A DNA stretch of 64,000 nucleotides, taken from NCBI GenBank assembly GCA_963710385.1, contig CAVQAB010000011.1:65382-129381 (forward strand), read 5' to 3'. Shown piece by piece: positions 49,364 to 59,885 of the stretch. The stretch comes from an uncultured Bacteroidales bacterium. GTDB lineage: Bacteria > Bacteroidota > Bacteroidia > Bacteroidales > GCA-2748055. Positions within the stretch are counted from its first letter, which is position 1, and each line of letters opens with the position of its first letter. A program made the translations under genes and the position numbers. Below the pieces are notes generated by a model. The model was not told the DNA's origin. It saw only the letters and a list, made by a program, of their open reading frames with translations, and ran no database searches.

Positions 49364-52351
49364 CTATCTGCTTGAATCTGCTTCGCGTATTCGGGCCAGC
49401 TCTCTTTTGAGTTCTTTAACCACTTCAGGTCTTTCATCATATAGATTGACTTTCTCTCCTGGATCATCTGACAAGCGGTAAAGTTGAGGTTTAAACGCAC
49501 GTAGTTGATTCAATCGATTCTGCGGTAAATTCGCAGGAGGTGTATCATCGATATACTTCCAATCTCCCATACGAATCGCATGCATTCCATTCGCATCGGC
49601 TGTTACCATCGCAGTTCTCGCTTGCTTTGGCGTTGCATTGAGGAGATAAGGAAGAAAACTATAACTATCGGGAGCCACATTTTTTGATGCCGGAATTTCG
49701 CCTTCCGTTATATCGCATATGGTTGCGAATAAATCAATGATATTAATCATCTGGTCCGAAACTGATCCCTCTTTCACATGTCCAGGCCAGGATACAATAA
49801 AAGGAACCCGCGTGCCTCCTTCATAAATGGTATGTTTATCTCCCCTAAGATCACCGTTAATTTTAAGACCATATTTTATAGCCTGGTTCTCAGGGGCATC
49901 AGGTTTGTTCCTTGGAATTTCACCCCCGTTATCGCTTGAAAAAATGACAATGGTATTTTCCATCAGGTTCATATATTCCAGCGTCTCAAGAATTCTCCCC
50001 ACACTGAGGTCCAGATCCTGAATAAAATCACCATAGGGACCACAATCGCTCATACCCCGCATATAATCAGAAGGAGTAATGGGATGGTGAACGGCTACCG
50101 CTGCAAAATAGAGGAAAAACGGATTTTCGCTGGTCTGTTGTTTGATCCAATCAACCGTTTTATCAGTTAGATCCTCCATCACATCTTTATTCACCCGCTG
50201 AGGTGCATCAAATCCCAGGTAAGGCGTTCCATAGAAAGTTCTGGAGTAGGGCTCAACCTTTGTACTTCGCAAACCATAAATATGATCGTTTTCAATATAG
50301 ACGCCAAGCATATCCCCGTGATTCTGCGGAACCCCGAAGTGATAATCGAATCCCAGATCCAGGGGTCCGGGTGTTAGTTTTCCTGTGAAATCCACCGGTT
50401 CCTTTTCACCATATCCCAGATGCCATTTCCCGATGGCCGCTGTGTTATATCCACGCTCTTTTAGCCAATCTGCTACAGTAAGCCGGTCCGGATCGGGAAG
50501 TAATGATCCAGTTGGATTTACCACACCGAATTTTAAATTCGAACGCCAGGGATAGCGTCCGGTTAAAAAGCCATAACGAGTTGGGGTACAAATCGATGCA
50601 GGTGTAGATGCATTTGTAAAACGCATGCCCTGCCGTGCCAGTCTATCGATATTTGGCGTACGCACAAGGCTTTTATCTGCACCATAAGCATTCAGGCTGG
50701 AGTAGCCGAAATCATCGGCCAGGATGAAAACAATGTTCGGTTTTGCTGTTTGTTGATCACCCATGCTGGCAATCAACTCATCCTTCCCTGTGGCTGGCGT
50801 ATTTTCAATGAATTCTTTGTAATATCCTTTGAGCTTATCAATCTCCTTCTGATACTGTTTATCGTTGATTTTATTTTCCACTTCAAACGGATCCTTTTGC
50901 CTGTCAAAAAACATATCACCGAAATCTCGGTAGTCCCAATTTTTGTGCACAATCGTGGGATCAATCATCATCCCCAGCTTGTGGTTTTTTGTAATGACTG
51001 TGGCCTGTGACCAGCTTTCTGAGACGATATAATCCCGTTTCATTGAACCGTTATTCAGAATCACGTCAGCCATGGATTCGCCCTGAATAGGATATTTTAA
51101 ATCCGGAACATCCAATTCCAGCACATCAATTAATGTAGGCAATACATCAGCAAGTGTTACCAGCTCTTCTGTCCGCTGTCCCTTTTTCGTTTTACCCGGA
51201 ATCTTAATGATCAGGGGAATGTTTAAAATATCTTCATAAACATTATGTCCGGCAGCCGCCTTTTCAACCATTCCATGATTTCCTGCGAAATCGCCATGAT
51301 CTGAAGTATAGATGACAATGGTTTCATTTTCCAGTCCAGCTTCATCCAGCGCGCCCAGAATTTCCCCCACACAATAGTCAATTTCTGTAACCAGGGCATA
51401 ATAGCCGCCAATGTAATTTCTCCAGAGTTGTTCATCTGCAAACGCCTTGTCCATGTTCCATACTTTATTGCCGCCATTTCGTTGAGATTGCAGAAGAGGA
51501 GGTAAGTTTTCAGTGGGTTCATAGAAGCTGGCAGGTTTTTTAATTCCGCTCCCATTTTTTGTACCCTCCCCCCATTCTGACACATTGTACATATCCATGT
51601 ATTTCTGCAGGGGATTATAGGGTTGATGAGGACGATAAAAGGTCGCCCAGCAAAAGAAAGGTTGGTCACTGTTGGCCTGTTCTTTTATCATCTTAATGGT
51701 TTCCATGGTCGTATACGCCTCCATGGTATACCCGGGAGGGAGTTTAGAAATGCGTGTGCCAAGATCGGCTGTTGGAATTTTCGAGTTGAATTCTGAAGAA
51801 CCTCTGGGGCCCCTGCCAAATTCAGCAGCCCAGTCCTCAGCAAATGCTCTGGCGTAGCCATTGCGCTCAATCCAGCTCACATAATTATCATCATCATTGG
51901 GTTTATATTGATGGTCCTTTTTGACATCCCAACCCTTGTCAATTGCACCTCTCACATGCCTTTTCCCAAAAGTATAGGTATTGTAATTGTTTCTTTTAAA
52001 TATAGTTGCCATGGAAACCGCATCATCCATCACCGATGTGTGCCCTCCGTTGGACAAGAGCCCCATGGTCCGTGGCATCAGTCCGGTGAGCAGTGATGAA
52101 CGTGAAGGCGTACAGACTCCAACAGTACAATAAGCACGGTCAAAAACCAATCCATCTTCAGCAAGCTTATCCAGATTGGGTGTTATTACATCCGGGTGTC
52201 CTTCAAATCCCATCACTTTTTTGTTGTGCTGATCAGAAAAGAGAATAAGTACATTGGGTTTCTGTGCAAAACTAAAACCGACGGTAAAAAATATTAATGT
52301 CAGACCAATGATTGATTTTTTTAGCGAATTTAGGGTGTCCGTCATTTCCAT
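49364..52351 (-). CDS. Tandem double sulfatase (two complete S1 sulfatase domains in one polypeptide)
   Basis: Domain 1 has PNVLILFSDQH and the FGly motif VCTPSRSSLLTG. Domain 2 has PNIVFILADDFGY and ICTPTRYGFLTGRY. Each domain has its own downstream ...SDHG/SDNGG... region. The ATG is at 52351. The ORF-track start at 52372 is a TTG. Confidence 0.85.
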   Translation of the reverse strand: MEMTDTLNSLKKSIIGLTLIFFTVGFSFAQKPNVLILFSDQHNKKVMGFEGHPDVITPNLDKLAEDGLVFDRAYCTVGVCTPSRSSLLTGLMPRTMGLLSNGGHTSVMDDAVSMATIFKRNNYNTYTFGKRHVRGAIDKGWDVKKDHQYKPNDDDNYVSWIERNGYARAFAEDWAAEFGRGPRGSSEFNSKIPTADLGTRISKLPPGYTMEAYTTMETIKMIKEQANSDQPFFCWATFYRPHQPYNPLQKYMDMYNVSEWGEGTKNGSGIKKPASFYEPTENLPPLLQSQRNGGNKVWNMDKAFADEQLWRNYIGGYYALVTEIDYCVGEILGALDEAGLENETIVIYTSDHGDFAGNHGMVEKAAAGHNVYEDILNIPLIIKIPGKTKKGQRTEELVTLADVLPTLIDVLELDVPDLKYPIQGESMADVILNNGSMKRDYIVSESWSQATVITKNHKLGMMIDPTIVHKNWDYRDFGDMFFDRQKDPFEVENKINDKQYQKEIDKLKGYYKEFIENTPATGKDELIASMGDQQTAKPNIVFILADDFGYSSLNAYGADKSLVRTPNIDRLARQGMRFTNASTPASICTPTRYGFLTGRYPWRSNLKFGVVNPTGSLLPDPDRLTVADWLKERGYNTAAIGKWHLGYGEKEPVDFTGKLTPGPLDLGFDYHFGVPQNHGDMLGVYIENDHIYGLRSTKVEPYSRTFYGTPYLGFDAPQRVNKDVMEDLTDKTVDWIKQQTSENPFFLYFAAVAVHHPITPSDYMRGMSDCGPYGDFIQDLDLSVGRILETLEYMNLMENTIVIFSSDNGGEIPRNKPDAPENQAIKYGLKINGDLRGDKHTIYEGGTRVPFIVSWPGHVKEGSVSDQMINIIDLFATICDITEGEIPASKNVAPDSYSFLPYLLNATPKQARTAMVTADANGMHAIRMGDWKYIDDTPPANLPQNRLNQLRAFKPQLYRLSDDPGEKVNLYDERPEVVKELKRELARIREADSSR

Positions 52352-52368
52352 AATAATTTTCAATTGAA

Positions 52369-53466
52369 TCAATTCTTCAGGCCTGCATTGCAGTGATCAC
52401 GCAGGAATTTCAAACTATTCAGCAACTCTGATTGCTGGAGTTTAATATCCAATTGTTTTTGGTTCATACCCGCCGGAGGAACTGCAATTTCCAATGGTAT
52501 GCCATCTTTAACAAGGTTTAAGAAGTCCATTATTTCAGCTGCATGCAATTTGGGGAATCCTTTCCAGAATTCAGCCGTCAAATAAGGAATGGAGCGTGCT
52601 GAATTAGAAATTGTCTCCACATGCAGTGGGACACCGGGACATAATCTTGATAAAGTATCCGTAAAGCGCGGATAATCCATAATGCCCTTCCCAATGGTTG
52701 TCCCCTGAAACACGGCTCCCTCTTCCGATTCCCATATGGCCACATCCCGCACGCTGGTGCAAATAATATTTGAGCCTAATACTTTCAATGCTTGCATGGG
52801 GTCTTCCATGGCCCAGAGTGCATTGGCCGGGTCGAATAAAGCTCCACAGATATCGGTCCCGGTTTCATTGATTAGTGCCAACAATTCATCTGAACGAAGG
52901 TCAGCCATATGGTTTTCAAAGGCAAACCTAATTCCGGCATCCTTTGCCCGGCTTCTTGTTGCTGTCATCACCTTGATTACCGCTTCAATATGAGCTTCTA
53001 TTCCTCCCTCCGAAAAGCGGTCTTCAATGGAACCGATTCTGCAGGCTACTATTGGAGAACCTAGGGCCGAAGCCACCCGAATTCCCTCTATTAATAATGA
53101 TTCTGCATTTCCATATAGAGGGGAAAAAGCAGTGGATTTTTCGCTGATGCTCCCCACACCCACAAAAATAGTGACATCATTGTTTGTTGCCCTTTCGTGC
53201 AAATTTGAAAGATGAGATGTTTCAAGAGTTTCGAACGGTTGAAAGGTATTCAGCAAAACAGAATCCAGTCTTTGATCAACGGCATATTCAATGAGTTGCT
53301 GAGCATTCAGCCTCATGCTCCTGAGAGAATGGTTACAAAGCCCTAATGGGACTTTTGAAGAGGACCGTTTCTCACCATATAAGATTTCTGCTGAGGCACT
53401 AAAAGGAAAAGCTTGTAATGCCAAAGCATTTAATCCAACTATTCTCGAGAAATCTCTTCTTATCAT
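52369..53466 (-). CDS. Xylose-isomerase-like TIM-barrel protein (sugar phosphate isomerase/epimerase family) with a Tat-type signal
   Basis: The ATG at 53466 gives MIRRDFSRIVGLNALALQAFPFSASA, a twin-arginine pattern. The AP_endonuc_2-type body includes IRFAFENH... and ...VPLHVETI. Confidence 0.65.
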   Translation of the reverse strand: MIRRDFSRIVGLNALALQAFPFSASAEILYGEKRSSSKVPLGLCNHSLRSMRLNAQQLIEYAVDQRLDSVLLNTFQPFETLETSHLSNLHERATNNDVTIFVGVGSISEKSTAFSPLYGNAESLLIEGIRVASALGSPIVACRIGSIEDRFSEGGIEAHIEAVIKVMTATRSRAKDAGIRFAFENHMADLRSDELLALINETGTDICGALFDPANALWAMEDPMQALKVLGSNIICTSVRDVAIWESEEGAVFQGTTIGKGIMDYPRFTDTLSRLCPGVPLHVETISNSARSIPYLTAEFWKGFPKLHAAEIMDFLNLVKDGIPLEIAVPPAGMNQKQLDIKLQQSELLNSLKFLRDHCNAGLKN

Positions 53467-53916
53467 CCGGTAAAATATCAAATTGGAACGATAGTAGTGA
53501 CAGGTTTTCAGAGCACCGGACAATTTACAAAGATTAATCATTAATTAATGCTTTGTTAATATCCTGAAATTAAATTTGGATTGATACACATTCTATCCAC
53601 TGAATTGTACAGACAAAAAGAGATCCAACAACATAATATTCCGGGAATAACAACAGACATATAAGGGTTATGTAACCGTTAAATTCATCTCCAACTCGAC
53701 TTTAATACTGGAAAAAATATGTATATTTCGCCTTACCCTAAGCTAACAAAACAAAATCTTATTATTAACCGGATGCATAATGCCTATGAAAATATTGCCA
53801 TGAACATGCCAGGGCTTCAAATGAAACATGAAGCCTGATGTTGTATAGAATAGCCAGGTGAATGATGACGGACCTTCATTCACCCTTAACTATAACCAGA
53901 TTAAAAACTCACATCT

Positions 53917-56900
53917 ATGAAACAAAAGATTTTTCTATTTAGTTTAATAATGTGCATTGGATTTCAGATACTCAATGCCCAGGGTATCCGGATAACCGGA
54001 ACCGTATTGGACGAAGCCACCGGCGAAGCCATGCTCGGACTTAATGTCCAGGTTAAAGGAACTACAGTTGGTACCATCACTGATCTGGATGGGAATTACT
54101 CCCTTCAGGTTCCAGACCAAAATGCTGTGCTGATCTACTCTTTTGTGGGTTACGCTCCACAGGAAATAACCGTGGGTGCACAAACAATCATTAATGTAAG
54201 CATGTTGGAATCCACCCAATTCCTTGATGATGTAATTGTCGTTGCCTATGGCACAACAAGGAAAGCTTCCTTTACGGGTTCTGCTTCCGTTGTTCAGGCT
54301 GATGCAATAAACAAGGTTCCTGTGTCCTCATTTGAGAAGGCCCTTGCGGGTAATATTGCGGGTGTCCAGGTCTCAAATATATCCGGACAACCCGGCTCAG
54401 GGACAGAGATACGGATAAGGGGATTGGGATCCTTTTCGGCTTCAAACGAACCCCTTTATGTGATCGATGGGGTACCGGTTACCTCCGGAAGCATGCACAA
54501 TTCAGCAGGCGGTCTTGCCACAGGGAATGTCATGTCATCCATCCCTCCCGGTGATATTGAAAGTGTGACTGTCCTGAAGGATGCAGCTGCCGCCTCTCTT
54601 TATGGATCCCGCGCTGCAAATGGGGTTATCCTTATCACAACCAAGCAAGGTCGGGAAGGAGTCACCAGGTATACCTTTAAGTCAGTCTACGGTATTTCGG
54701 ACTGGGCCGTTGATAACTTTAGAACCGTTTCCGGTCCGGATTTTCTGATGCTGCACAGGGAGTCGATGGAAAATTATCTGGCAACGGGCAACGCACCTCC
54801 GGGATTCGATGTAGACGCAACCATGGAAGCCAACGGGTGGGTTGAGCCGGAAGAAGGGTTCACCGACTGGTACGAGGAACTGTTCAGAACAGGAAAAACG
54901 AAAAACCTTGAGCTATCAGCAACCGGAGGCTCGGAGAAAACACAATTCTATGTGTCGGGAAGTATATTTGACCAGGAAGGGATTGCTTATAAATCCGGGA
55001 TTACCCGGTATTCAGGCAGGGTAAATATAACCCACAGGATGAGCAAAATGTTCTCAGTTGGCCTGAATATGTTAAATTCCTTCGCAGAACAGGAAATCGT
55101 TGACGCCGGGACAAGGTATTTCAGTCCATTTTATAATGTGAGCGGTAATTGTTTCCCTACCGAAGGGCCCTATCTTCCGGATGGCAGTTACAGGCCTTTT
55201 TTGCAGAACGGTTACTACAATAATGTCAGGGAGCGTGAACTGAATGAAACAAGTGCCAAACTTTTCAGAAGCATGAACACCGGTTTTATCGAGTTCAGGC
55301 CCTTCGATTTCCTGACCTTCAGATCCACCAATAACTTCGACTGGTTAAATAATGATGAAACCCGTTATGGATCACCTCTTTCAAGATCCGGTGAAGCTGA
55401 ACAGGGATTTGTAGAATTAACCAACCGGCAAAGAACTACACTCACCTCATCAAACCTTCTGACCTTTGATAAAACCTTTAACGATCTTCACCATATAAAT
55501 ATAATTGCAGCTCAGGAGGTAGAAAAAAGACGGGCCACCAGGGTGAATACCGGGGGAGAAGTGCTTCCCAATGAAACCATCCGAAGTATTGGCGCAACCG
55601 CTGTTCCTGTTACTGCATACGGCTATGATGAAGGCTCATCCATGTTATCATTTCTCTCAAGGTTGAATTATGATTACAGAAACAGATATTACCTTTCTGG
55701 AAGTATCCGCCGCGATGGAAGCTCAAAATTGGGTATGGACGAAAGATGGGCAAACTTCTGGTCAGCTTCAGGAGCATGGAGGATAAGCAGCGAGAATTTT
55801 ATGCAAAGTTTGTCAGTGGTTGATGACCTAAAACTAAGGGTATCCTACGGGACAAACGGTACCCTGCCTCCGGGCAATTATGACCATCTGGCGCTCTATT
55901 CATATACAGGTACTTATAATGAGCGGATTGCCGCATATGAAAGCTCAATTTCCAATTCAAACCTTACCTGGGAGAAAAATGCAAACCTTAATGTGGGCAT
56001 TGATATTACCATGCTGAGAAATATCAGCGCCAGCATTGAATACTTTTCAAGACATACCAGGGATCTTCTTATGTACCTTCCCCTGGCTCCCAGCGTTGGT
56101 GCCGGAAATACCTGGGTGAATATCGGGGAGATGGACAATAAGGGATGGGAACTTGATCTGAGAACCACCAATATTTCCAGAAGTAACTTTACCTGGACCT
56201 CCTTCGTTACCCTGACAACTGTCGATAACAAAATTGTTAAACTCAACAACGGGGAGGATATAATTGGTAGCACTACTATCCGGAGAGAAGGAGAACCCTA
56301 TAATTCATTCTATCTGGTCCCATGGGCCGGTGTTAATCCCGTAAACGGAGCACCTGAGTGGTATATGGTTGATAACGAATCCAATCAGACCACGGAAGTA
56401 ACCGGAGATGTCTCAAAAACCGATAAGACCATTAGCGGTGCAGCTGACCCTGATTTCTTTGGCAGTTTTGGCAACGAATTTTCATATAAAGGATTTAAGC
56501 TCTCTTTCCTTTTCAATTTCTCAGTCGGGGGCAAAATCTATTATCACTATGGATATAAAATCTGGAATGACGGGAATTATAATCAGTATGCTGTCCAGGA
56601 GAGCTCACTCGACAGGTGGCAGAAGCCCGGTGATTTAGCGATGCATCCACAAAGGATCTGGCTGGGAAATAATGAATCATGGTGGCCATCGTCAACCCGG
56701 TTCCTGCTGGATAATAACTTTCTGCGCTTAAAGGATATTACTTTCTCATACAGCTTACCGAAAGCGCTCGTCTCAAAGTTGAGAATCAATGATATTACTG
56801 TTTATGCGCAGGCAAGCAATTATCTGACCTTTAGTTCGCAGGACCTCTGCGACCCGGAGCAAAGATCCAATGGAATTACAAGCTACGAGATGCCGAATAA

Positions 56901-56937
56901 TAAAAATTTGACCTTCGGTCTTGAGATCGGTTTTTAG
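53917..56937 (+). CDS. susC: SusC/RagA-family TonB-linked outer membrane transporter
   Basis: 1006 aa. It has a CarboxypepD_reg N-domain (ITGTVLDEATGEAMLGLNVQVKGTTVGTITDLDGNYSL), the TonB box/plug (DDVIVVAYGT..., VTVLKDAAAASLYGSRAANGVILITTKQG), and a C-terminus ending ...LTFGLEIGF. Confidence 0.9.
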   Translation: MKQKIFLFSLIMCIGFQILNAQGIRITGTVLDEATGEAMLGLNVQVKGTTVGTITDLDGNYSLQVPDQNAVLIYSFVGYAPQEITVGAQTIINVSMLESTQFLDDVIVVAYGTTRKASFTGSASVVQADAINKVPVSSFEKALAGNIAGVQVSNISGQPGSGTEIRIRGLGSFSASNEPLYVIDGVPVTSGSMHNSAGGLATGNVMSSIPPGDIESVTVLKDAAAASLYGSRAANGVILITTKQGREGVTRYTFKSVYGISDWAVDNFRTVSGPDFLMLHRESMENYLATGNAPPGFDVDATMEANGWVEPEEGFTDWYEELFRTGKTKNLELSATGGSEKTQFYVSGSIFDQEGIAYKSGITRYSGRVNITHRMSKMFSVGLNMLNSFAEQEIVDAGTRYFSPFYNVSGNCFPTEGPYLPDGSYRPFLQNGYYNNVRERELNETSAKLFRSMNTGFIEFRPFDFLTFRSTNNFDWLNNDETRYGSPLSRSGEAEQGFVELTNRQRTTLTSSNLLTFDKTFNDLHHINIIAAQEVEKRRATRVNTGGEVLPNETIRSIGATAVPVTAYGYDEGSSMLSFLSRLNYDYRNRYYLSGSIRRDGSSKLGMDERWANFWSASGAWRISSENFMQSLSVVDDLKLRVSYGTNGTLPPGNYDHLALYSYTGTYNERIAAYESSISNSNLTWEKNANLNVGIDITMLRNISASIEYFSRHTRDLLMYLPLAPSVGAGNTWVNIGEMDNKGWELDLRTTNISRSNFTWTSFVTLTTVDNKIVKLNNGEDIIGSTTIRREGEPYNSFYLVPWAGVNPVNGAPEWYMVDNESNQTTEVTGDVSKTDKTISGAADPDFFGSFGNEFSYKGFKLSFLFNFSVGGKIYYHYGYKIWNDGNYNQYAVQESSLDRWQKPGDLAMHPQRIWLGNNESWWPSSTRFLLDNNFLRLKDITFSYSLPKALVSKLRINDITVYAQASNYLTFSSQDLCDPEQRSNGITSYEMPNNKNLTFGLEIGF

Positions 56938-56954
56938 TATATAAAATTTAAAAA

Positions 56955-58472
56955 ATGTTTAAAATGAAAAATATACATTTTCTGGTTAAACTATTAATGA
57001 TTGCACTGCTGATTGCAGGACAGTCATGCTCGGAAGATTTTCTCAATGAGTATCCAAGCAATTCGCAATCTCCTGATAACATACTAACGATCGACGATGC
57101 ACAGATCGTGATGAACGGAGCATATGATCTCTTGCAGGATAACAATTATTATAATGCAAATGTGATCACCGATAACGACGTTCGTGGGGATGACATGCAG
57201 ACTGTCGACGAGGGCAGGATTGATGATGAATATCTCTACAGATATACTGCACAAACCGATTTTGATGAGGATTCATGGGCGCAACCTTATACTATTTTAA
57301 GGCATGTGAATACCATATTGACTTTCATCGACGATATCGGGACCAGCCAGCCGGGGGAAGAGGTGCAAAAATCGGACATCAAGGGTCAGGCCCTGGCCAT
57401 CCGGGCGCTGGCACATTTCGACCTGTGCAGGCAGTTCGGAAGGCAGTATTCCCATGATAATGGGGCCTCTTTAGGAATACCGATCGTTACCAGCGTTCTG
57501 GATCCCTATGCCAAGGAACCCCGGAATACGGTGGCCCAGGTATATGCACAGGTTATTTCTGATTTACAGGAAGCCATCCCGCTGCTTTCCAATGACGTGA
57601 GGCTGGGCCAGATGAACGCATGGGCGGCAAAAACCCTGCTGGCCCGTGTATACCTTTACATGGAGGACAATGCAAATGCATTTGCTACTGCGGTTGATGT
57701 AATAAACAGTGGACTGTATACCCTGATGACCCGGGACCAGTATGTGAACTCATGGTCCAGCCCGAGCGGATCATCGGAGTCCATATTTTCCATCATGAAT
57801 AATTCAGCTGATAATGGCGGCGGGAATAGTGTAAACAACCTTTCCGATCCTGAAGGATATGGCCAGTTTGTAGCTACCCAGGACCTTATCGACCTGGTTA
57901 GGTCAGATCCTGAGGATATCCGCGTGCAGATGCTTTATATCGATCAGTTCAGTATTAAAAATAACCCTGCAGATCCATCTGCAGATTCTACCACATGGGG
58001 AAGGGTACTGAAATATCCGGGGAACGGCAACACCAAAGAGATCATAGTAAATCACTTTACAACCGGTTCCCCGCTGATTGTGGCAGCGTATATTGGAAAT
58101 GTTCCTGTTTTACGACTATCGGAACTATACCTGATCGCAGCCGAAGCTGCCATCAAGAATGGAGACGCAGCCAGTGCAACAACATATCTGAATGCCATTG
58201 TGAAGAGAGCCAATCCGGCAGCCACAGTCGCAGAGGCAGATGTCAACCTGGACAGGATACTTACCGAAAGGAGAAAGGAGCTTATGGCCGAAGGTCACCG
58301 CTTCTTTGACCTGGTAAGAAATAAGCGGGATATTGTAAGATCGACTTCCGCCAGGATTTATGACAATGCAACACCCCTGTTAATTAAATGGGATGATTAC
58401 AAAACCATCTTCCCCATTCCACAGGATGAGCTCAATATTAATCCCTTGATACAAAATGATGGTTATATATAG
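56955..58472 (+). CDS. susD: SusD/RagB-family nutrient-binding lipoprotein
   Basis: It lies directly after susC. The lipobox is LLIAGQSC. TPR-like SusD patterns are present (AYDLLQDNNYY..., RVYLYMED..., ERRKELMAEGHRFFDLVR). An alternative ATG is at 56964. Confidence 0.85.
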   Translation: MFKMKNIHFLVKLLMIALLIAGQSCSEDFLNEYPSNSQSPDNILTIDDAQIVMNGAYDLLQDNNYYNANVITDNDVRGDDMQTVDEGRIDDEYLYRYTAQTDFDEDSWAQPYTILRHVNTILTFIDDIGTSQPGEEVQKSDIKGQALAIRALAHFDLCRQFGRQYSHDNGASLGIPIVTSVLDPYAKEPRNTVAQVYAQVISDLQEAIPLLSNDVRLGQMNAWAAKTLLARVYLYMEDNANAFATAVDVINSGLYTLMTRDQYVNSWSSPSGSSESIFSIMNNSADNGGGNSVNNLSDPEGYGQFVATQDLIDLVRSDPEDIRVQMLYIDQFSIKNNPADPSADSTTWGRVLKYPGNGNTKEIIVNHFTTGSPLIVAAYIGNVPVLRLSELYLIAAEAAIKNGDAASATTYLNAIVKRANPAATVAEADVNLDRILTERRKELMAEGHRFFDLVRNKRDIVRSTSARIYDNATPLLIKWDDYKTIFPIPQDELNINPLIQNDGYI

Positions 58473-58524
58473 GAACCTTTCTAAGAAAGAACGATCAAGT
58501 TTAGGTCTTAAAAAATTAGAAACT

Positions 58525-59721
58525 ATGAAGAAAAAAGTGTTGATTACAAGCAAGTCGTTTATATTCTGTATAAGCATGATAGCGGTCATCGGATTCCTGA
58601 GATCGTGTACTGAAGAACTCTATAATCCGGGGATGCAAGCACCTTTAATTACTGAGATAGGACCGGAAGCTGCTTTTCCAAGCCAGGTGGTTGTCATTTA
58701 CGGGAAAAACTTCAGCTCCGCAGCCGCGGAAAATGCGGTCAGTTTCAATGGAGTTGCAGCAACAGTGACTGGTACCACTACCATTGCAATCACCACAACA
58801 GTTCCTGACGGAGCTACATCAGGTGAGGTTACAGTATCTGCAAATAACATGACATCGCCGGGCTTTCAATTTACAGTCACCGAACCGATCATCCCAACCA
58901 TTACTTCCATTGATCCGGAGATGGGTAAAGTCGGGGCCGAGGTGATCATTACGGGTACTTTATTCAGTACCGAACCCGGTTTGAATATTGTAAGTTTCAA
59001 CGGAACAGAAGCCAATGTAACTGCCTCCACTGAAACCACCATTACTACTTCAGTGCCGTCCGGAGCTACAACAGGTCCCGTTACTGTTACGGTGGATGGT
59101 GAATCCAATGGTATTGTTTTCACAGTGGTCGAGTCAAACCTGACGATTTCCCAGCTTGATGATGACGCAGACGATGCGGAAGAAGGAATGATCAATGGGA
59201 AACTGACAATCACCAGCAGCGACCTGGAACTGGGTGAATATGATACATGGACACAGGATGGTATAGAACAGGGATTACAGACCATCGGGGTTAAGTTTAA
59301 TAATATTGATATTCCCCCGGGCTCAACTATTCTGGCTGCAAGCATACAGTTTACGGCCGATAATACCGGATCGGATCCGGTTCAGCTGACTGTTTATGGG
59401 GAATATTCTTCCACTCCGGAATCTTATAGTGAGGATATATTTTATCATATAACCACCAGGCCCAGAACGCTTGCCAACACCGTCTGGGATATTCCGCCAT
59501 GGGAAAATACGGGATTGGCAGGTCCTGATCAGGCAACCCCTGATTTAGCTGCCATTGTTCAGGAAATTTTGGACAGAGAGGACTGGGCATCCGGAAACAG
59601 CATGGCGTTCATTCTGGACCATAGTGGACCCAGTATAGGAGTAACATCCAGTTCAGGGGGGAGAGAAGCTGAGGCAGGCCCCGGAAGTGATGCTGCTATG
59701 TTGACAGTGGCGTGGGAATAG
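58525..59721 (+). CDS. PUL-encoded surface lipoprotein: two IPT/TIG domains followed by one copy of the uncharacterised 'SSDLEL...IQFT' module
   Basis: The ATG at 58525 gives MKKKVLITSKSFIFCISMIAVIGFLRSC. The IPT/TIG repeats are ITEIGPEAAFPSQVVVIYGKNFS...VSFNG and ITSIDPEMGKVGAEVIITGTLFS...VSFNG. The C-terminal 200 aa or so (about 59131..59718) read ...TSSDLELGE...IGVKFNNIDIPPGSTILAASIQFTADN...DQATPDLAAIVQEILDREDWASGNSMAFIL. Confidence 0.7.
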   Translation: MKKKVLITSKSFIFCISMIAVIGFLRSCTEELYNPGMQAPLITEIGPEAAFPSQVVVIYGKNFSSAAAENAVSFNGVAATVTGTTTIAITTTVPDGATSGEVTVSANNMTSPGFQFTVTEPIIPTITSIDPEMGKVGAEVIITGTLFSTEPGLNIVSFNGTEANVTASTETTITTSVPSGATTGPVTVTVDGESNGIVFTVVESNLTISQLDDDADDAEEGMINGKLTITSSDLELGEYDTWTQDGIEQGLQTIGVKFNNIDIPPGSTILAASIQFTADNTGSDPVQLTVYGEYSSTPESYSEDIFYHITTRPRTLANTVWDIPPWENTGLAGPDQATPDLAAIVQEILDREDWASGNSMAFILDHSGPSIGVTSSSGGREAEAGPGSDAAMLTVAWE

Positions 59722-59749
59722 TAAATCACTTGAAGTGAAAACAATGAGG

Positions 59750-59785
59750 GAGGCTGTATCAAAAGGTACAGTCTCTTTCTGTTTT
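59750..59785 (+). terminator. Intrinsic terminator after the susC-susD-IPT/TIG unit
   Basis: GAGGCUGUA-ucaaaagg-UACAGUCUC forms a 9-bp stem (one G.U pair) followed by UUUCUGUUUU. Confidence 0.55.
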
Positions 59786-59885
59786 AATAATTTTTTGCTC
59801 TTCCCAATTAAACAATTTAGATATATTGTACTTTTATATATTCTATTGATAAGCCGTTTCTATTTACTACCTAAAACCAAGTTTT

